DNA of 64,000 nucleotides from Hyphococcus sp. (GTDB lineage Bacteria; Pseudomonadota; Alphaproteobacteria; Caulobacterales; Parvularculaceae): NCBI GenBank assembly GCA_028284345.1, contig JANQRY010000007.1, positions 5,269 to 69,268 of the forward strand, read 5' to 3'. Shown piece by piece: positions 59,383 to 64,000 of this stretch (position 1 is its first letter; each line of letters starts with the position of its first letter). The notes under the pieces were generated by a model. It saw only the letters and a program-made list of their open reading frames with translations, ran no database searches and was not told where the DNA came from. The position numbers and the translations under genes were made by a program.

Positions 59383-60756
59383 ATGAGAATTGTCGTTTGC
59401 GGCGCAGGCCGCGTCGGCGCCGCCATCGCCCGGCGCCTGTCGCGCGAAAAAAACGATGTGACGGTTATTGATCAGTCAAAGGAACTGATCCGCACGGTCG
59501 CAGAACGCCTCGACGTGCGCGGCATTGTCGGCAACGGCGCGTATCCCGAAACGCTGGAAGAAGCCGGCGCGCGCGAAGCCGACATGTTCATCGCCGTGAC
59601 GTATTCGGACGAAGTTAATATGACGGCGTGCCAGATCGCGCATTCGCTTTTCAAAGTGCCGACGAAAATCGCCCGCATCCGCGCGCAAGGCTACCTCGAT
59701 CCGCGCTATTCCGACCTGTTCTCGCGCAACCATCTGCCGATTGACGTGGTGATTTCGCCGGAACGGGAAGTTTCCGAAGCCATCATCCAGCGTATGTCGA
59801 CGCCCGGCGCTTCGGAGGTCAAATCATTCGCAGACGGACAGGTTTGGGCGATTGGCGTCAAGCTGCGCGACGATTGCGCCATTATCAACACGCCGCTGCG
59901 TCAGGTCGCCGAGCTGTTTCCGGATTTGAAGATTACGATTGTCGCCATCAAGCGCGGCGATCGCTTGTGGCGCGCCCATGCGGACGACCAGCTGGAGCCG
60001 GGCGACCATATCTATTTCGTTTCCGACCGCAACGACGTTCAGCGCGCTCTTGAAATCATGGGCGAGGCGGCGCGGCAGGCGCGCCGCGTCATCCTCATCG
60101 GCGGCGGCAATATCGGACGGTTCGTGGCCCAGGGTCTTGAAAAGCTCGGCTCTATGAAAATCCGCGTCATCGAACGCGATCGCGGCAAGGCGGAGATTGC
60201 AGCCGAGGCGCTTGAACGCACGATCGTTCTTCAGGGCGACGGTCTCAATCGGTCGATCTTGCGCGAGGCCGGCGTGTCGGAAGCCGAATCCGTTGTCGCC
60301 GTCACGGAAAACGACCAGGTGAACATTCTTGCCTCCGTGGTCGCCAAGCGCGAGGGCGCGCGCCGCACCATGGCGCTGGTGAACGATCAGGACTACGGAC
60401 CGATTTCGGAAGCCGTTGGCGTCGACCGCTTTGTCGATCCGCGCGCCACGACCGTGTCGACCATCCTGCAGCATGTTCGCCGCGGCCGCATCAAGGGCGT
60501 CTATTCGCTGAGCGATGGCGCGGCGGAACTCGTTGACGCGATTGCGCTCGAAACATCGTCCCTCGTCAACAAGCCGCTGCGCGACGCGCAATTGCCCGAG
60601 GGCGTGATGATCGGCGCCGTCGTTCGGGACGGCGTCGTTCAGATGCCGTCCGGAGAAACCGTGATCCAGGCCGGCGATCGTATTGTCCTGATGTCCATGC
60701 GCGAAAACGTGAAGGATGTCGAACAGATGTTCCGTGTCAGCATTGAATATTTCTGA
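59383..60756 (+). CDS. trkA: Trk potassium transporter NAD-binding subunit
   Basis: Two RCK_N domains (CGAGRVG, IGGGNIG) with RCK_C domains. Confidence 0.96.
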   Translation: MRIVVCGAGRVGAAIARRLSREKNDVTVIDQSKELIRTVAERLDVRGIVGNGAYPETLEEAGAREADMFIAVTYSDEVNMTACQIAHSLFKVPTKIARIRAQGYLDPRYSDLFSRNHLPIDVVISPEREVSEAIIQRMSTPGASEVKSFADGQVWAIGVKLRDDCAIINTPLRQVAELFPDLKITIVAIKRGDRLWRAHADDQLEPGDHIYFVSDRNDVQRALEIMGEAARQARRVILIGGGNIGRFVAQGLEKLGSMKIRVIERDRGKAEIAAEALERTIVLQGDGLNRSILREAGVSEAESVVAVTENDQVNILASVVAKREGARRTMALVNDQDYGPISEAVGVDRFVDPRATTVSTILQHVRRGRIKGVYSLSDGAAELVDAIALETSSLVNKPLRDAQLPEGVMIGAVVRDGVVQMPSGETVIQAGDRIVLMSMRENVKDVEQMFRVSIEYF

Positions 60757-60780
60757 CGACGCAGGAGGTTCGCGCGCGCC

Positions 60781-62172
60781 ATGGGCCTGACAGCGATCCT
60801 GCGCGGCTTTGCCGGGGTGTTGATCTGCGTCGGCGCGGCGATGTTCGCCCCGTTGCTGCTCGCCATTTCCAAAAACGATCCTGCTGCGGGCCCGTTTCTC
60901 TACGGCGCCGTCGCCACCCTGATTGCGGGCGGCGGTGCCTGGGCGGCGAGCATTGGCCGGTCGCCGGCGTCGGATTTTCGCGGCGCGCTGGCCATTATTT
61001 TGCTGTGGTGGATCGTTGCGCCGGCCTTCGCCGCCATCCCGTTTGCGCTGGGGCCGATGTCCTTCGCCGACGCTTATTTTGAAGCCATCGCCGCTGTCAC
61101 CACCACCGGCGGATGGTTGTCGCGCGAGGCGGCCGTCGCATCGCCGTCGCTGATGCTGTGGCGGGCCCAACTGCAATGGCTGGGCGGCCTGGCGTCCATC
61201 GCGATCGCCGCGGCGATTTTCATTCGCCCCGCTTTCATCGGAATCGATACGCTGCTGCCGCCTTTTTCCCGCGGCGCCAAGAATGATTTTCTGCGCCCGC
61301 TGCGGAATGCGGTTTACAGTTTCTGGTCGATCTATGCGGGCGTCACCTTCATCGCCTTCGCGGCTTTTGCAGCCGCCGGCGCGCCGACGCTCGACGCCTT
61401 GGTGATGGCGCTTTCCGGCGTCGCCAGCGGTGGTTTCCTGCCGGGCGCCGGCGAGCCGGCGGGCCTTGCGCCATGGATCATCGTGCTCCTTTTTCTGATG
61501 ATGGCGTTCAGCGGGTCGAACTTTGTCGTCATCGCGCGCGTGGTGCGGGGCGCGAAAGAGCGCGTGCGCGATGTTGAAAACGGCGCCTATTTCGCGATCA
61601 TTCTGTTCGCCGGTTTTTTCTTCTGGCTGCTCGCGGGCGCCGGCGATATTGACCTGATCATTCCGCATCTCTTCAACGCCGCGTCCATTCTTTCGACAAA
61701 CGGGTTCACCATCGGTGAGGCGCCGCCATTGCCGGTCGTTCTCGTCACGGCGATTATCGGCGGCGCCGCCGTGTCGACGGCGGGCGGATTTAAAATTTTG
61801 CGCTGGCTGGTGATTATGCGCCGGGCGAGAGAAGAGTTGCGGCGGCTGATCGAACCGAGCGCCGTATTCGGCCGGCGCACCGTGTCGAACGAACTCGGCG
61901 TCTGGATCCATTTCCTGGTTTTCACCATGACGCTGGCGGGGCTTGTGGTGATCCTGTCTTCCGGCGGGCATTCGTTTGAGCTGTCGGCGGCCGCCGCCGT
62001 TTCCGCCCTCTCCAACGCCGGCCCGTTGATCTATCTTGCGGAAGGCGGCGGGAGCGGATACGCGGCTTTCGGCGAGCCCTATCGCTGGGCGCTGGCGGCG
62101 GCGATGATCCTCGGCCGGCTCGAAGCGGCCGTGGCGCTCGCCCTGATCAACCGCTGGTTCTGGAGGGCCTGA
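60781..62172 (+). CDS. trkH: TrkH/TrkG potassium uptake membrane subunit
   Basis: AVTTTGG, QWLGG, STAGGFKILR, SNAGP and ILGRLE pore motifs. Confidence 0.88.
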   Translation: MGLTAILRGFAGVLICVGAAMFAPLLLAISKNDPAAGPFLYGAVATLIAGGGAWAASIGRSPASDFRGALAIILLWWIVAPAFAAIPFALGPMSFADAYFEAIAAVTTTGGWLSREAAVASPSLMLWRAQLQWLGGLASIAIAAAIFIRPAFIGIDTLLPPFSRGAKNDFLRPLRNAVYSFWSIYAGVTFIAFAAFAAAGAPTLDALVMALSGVASGGFLPGAGEPAGLAPWIIVLLFLMMAFSGSNFVVIARVVRGAKERVRDVENGAYFAIILFAGFFFWLLAGAGDIDLIIPHLFNAASILSTNGFTIGEAPPLPVVLVTAIIGGAAVSTAGGFKILRWLVIMRRAREELRRLIEPSAVFGRRTVSNELGVWIHFLVFTMTLAGLVVILSSGGHSFELSAAAAVSALSNAGPLIYLAEGGGSGYAAFGEPYRWALAAAMILGRLEAAVALALINRWFWRA

Positions 62173-62180
62173 TACGAGCG

Positions 62181-63035
62181 ATGGCGGCGACGGCGTATGT
62201 GAATGGAAGCTTCGTTCCGATGCGCGATGCGCTGGTTCCCATCGAGGACCGCGGCTATCAGTTCGCAGACGGAATATATGAGGTTTGTCTCTATATCGAC
62301 GGCCGGTATTGGGATCTTGACGGGCATCTGACGCGCATGGAGCGCTCCTTGCGCGAATTGCGCATGGCGGCGCCCATGTCGCGCGAGGCCCTGCAAATCG
62401 TGATGGCGGAGCTTGTCCGGCGCAATCGTCTGAAAAATGCGCTGGTCTATATTCAGGCGACGCGGGGCGTGGCGCCGCGCAACCACGCTTTCCCGCCGCC
62501 GCAGACGCCGCCCTCCCTGGTCATGACGGCGAAGCGATTTGATCTCGATGGCTCGGACGCCATCGCCGCGAAGGGCGTCGGCGTCATTACGCAACCCGAT
62601 ATTCGCTGGGGGCGCGTTGATATCAAAACCGTATCGCTGCTGCCGAACGTGCTGGCCAAACAGGCGGCGAGGGAAGCCAAAGCCGCTGAAGCCTGGCTCG
62701 TGCGCGACGGCGTCGTCACGGAGGGATCCTCGTCCAACGCATGGATTGTCGACAGCGACGGCACACTTATTACGCATCCGAAAGGGTTTGAAATTCTCGG
62801 CGGAATCACGCGGGAGACGGCGCTTGCCTGCGCCGCCGACCTGCAAATAAAAGTTCACGAACGCCCGTTTACGGTTAACGAAGCGAAATCCGCGGCTGAG
62901 GCGTTCATCACGTCAGCGACAAATCTCGTGACCCCCGTCGTCTCAGTCGATGGGGCGCCCATCGGCGACGGCGCGCCGGGGCCCGTGGCGATGCGTCTGC
63001 GCGAGGCGTACAAATTGCGCGCCCGGCGGGCGTGA
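62181..63035 (+). CDS. dat: D-amino acid aminotransferase
   Basis: DRGYQFADGIYEV, RVDIKTVSLL, EGSSSN, ILGGITR and TSAT. Confidence 0.9.
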   Translation: MAATAYVNGSFVPMRDALVPIEDRGYQFADGIYEVCLYIDGRYWDLDGHLTRMERSLRELRMAAPMSREALQIVMAELVRRNRLKNALVYIQATRGVAPRNHAFPPPQTPPSLVMTAKRFDLDGSDAIAAKGVGVITQPDIRWGRVDIKTVSLLPNVLAKQAAREAKAAEAWLVRDGVVTEGSSSNAWIVDSDGTLITHPKGFEILGGITRETALACAADLQIKVHERPFTVNEAKSAAEAFITSATNLVTPVVSVDGAPIGDGAPGPVAMRLREAYKLRARRA

Positions 63036-63149
63036 CAAACCGCGCGCCGTAATTGCGCCCTCTTTTACTGTTTTTCCGGTTGCCTATATGCAGGCCAGCA
63101 GCCAGAATGATGCTGCACTGCAAAAAGAAAAGGCGGAGACGCGGCGCGC

Positions 63150-63398
63150 ATGAGTGAAAAAAAACAGAATTTGCAAGACACCTTTCTCAATCAAGTCCGT
63201 AAGGCCAAAACGCCCGTGACGATATTTCTCGTCAACGGCGTTAAACTCCAGGGTGTCGTCAGTTGGTTCGATAATTTTTGCGTTCTTCTGCGCCGTGATG
63301 GACAATCTCAACTTGTGTATAAACACGCAATTTCCACGGTGATGCCGCAACAGCCGGTGACGCTTTGGGAGAATGACGAGAGCGCCGACAACGGCTGA
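63150..63398 (+). CDS. hfq: RNA chaperone Hfq
   Basis: [18 protein letters not shown] and LVYKHAIST. Confidence 0.98.
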   Translation: MSEKKQNLQDTFLNQVRKAKTPVTIFLVNGVKLQGVVSWFDNFCVLLRRDGQSQLVYKHAISTVMPQQPVTLWENDESADNG

Positions 63399-63424
63399 CC
63401 CCGTTTCACAAGTAAAGATTCGTA

Positions 63425-64000
63425 TTGCCAAGTAAAGAAACCGCTATTGTTGTTCATCCTGCTTTGCGCGGCGATGCGGGATCGCGTGCGCCGTCGGCGC
63501 GGCTGGATGAGGCTGTCGGTCTTGCCGCTGCGATCAATCTCGACGTTGTTCATGCGGAAGTTGCAACCGTTAATGCGCCGCGCGCGGCGACCCTGATCGG
63601 CGGCGGCAAGATTGAGGAACTTCGCGCGCGGCTGGACGCAGCCGATCCGCGCCCCGGTCTCGTAATTGTGGACGGCGCCCTCAGCCCCGTTCAGCACCGC
63701 AATCTTGAAAAGGCCCTTGACGCAAAGGTGCTCGACCGCACGGCCCTGATCCTGGAGATCTTCGGCGCCCGCGCGCAGACGGCCGAAGGTCGCTTGCAGG
63801 TTGATCTTGCGCATCTGGAATATCAGCGCTCCCGTCTCGTGCGGTCCTGGACGCACCTTGAGCGACAGCGCGGCGGCGCAGGGTTTCTGGGCGGTCCGGG
63901 CGAACGTCAGATCGAATCCGATCGTCGCGCGCTCGACGACAAGATTGTCCATCTACGCAAGAAACTCGAAGACGTGCGCCGGACGCGCACGCTTCAGCGC
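63425..64000 (+). CDS. hflX: GTPase HflX, runs off the window edge
   Basis: Manual translation from TTG 63425: ...AIVVHP...LDEAVGLA...LSPVQHRNLE...VLDRTALILEIFG...RLQVDLA...GFLGGPGERQIESDRR. Confidence 0.95.
   Translation, partial: MPSKETAIVVHPALRGDAGSRAPSARLDEAVGLAAAINLDVVHAEVATVNAPRAATLIGGGKIEELRARLDAADPRPGLVIVDGALSPVQHRNLEKALDAKVLDRTALILEIFGARAQTAEGRLQVDLAHLEYQRSRLVRSWTHLERQRGGAGFLGGPGERQIESDRRALDDKIVHLRKKLEDVRRTRTLQR

Overview
A roughly 60-65% GC alphaproteobacterial chromosomal segment. The taxon is inferred from gene order: dusB-ntrY-ntrX-trkA-hfq-hflX, fabD-fabG-acpP-fabF-mltG-yicC-gmk, dnaB-alr-mlaEF, rpsF-rpsR-rplI, carA/carB/greA and dnaG-rpoD. Most of the window is housekeeping, with accessory genes inserted between conserved blocks. 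I see no tRNA, rRNA, CRISPR array, transposase or prophage. Standout observations: (1) three TIR_2-type proteins, each keeping the putative catalytic Glu, fused to different partner modules. One has a cytoplasmic alpha/beta-hydrolase, one has a single TM plus TolB-like and TPR regions, and one has a 6-TM membrane scaffold carrying a 7-bladed WD40 propeller. The last two look like Toll-like-receptor analogues and lie tail-to-tail. (2) An orphan Hcp (T6SS tube) homologue with a Sec signal peptide and a duplicated C-terminal motif. (3) A signal-peptide-bearing M17 leucyl aminopeptidase. (4) A secreted Vgb-like propeller paired with a CxxCH/Reeler-like protein. (5) ntrBC missing from its usual position. 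(6) Low-GC single-gene insertions after rpoD and lipA. (7) Five sequence-unrelated palindromic REP/RPE-like elements. All family assignments come from motif recognition by eye. No database search was run. Several start codons were moved from the ORF track to the more plausible downstream ATG.
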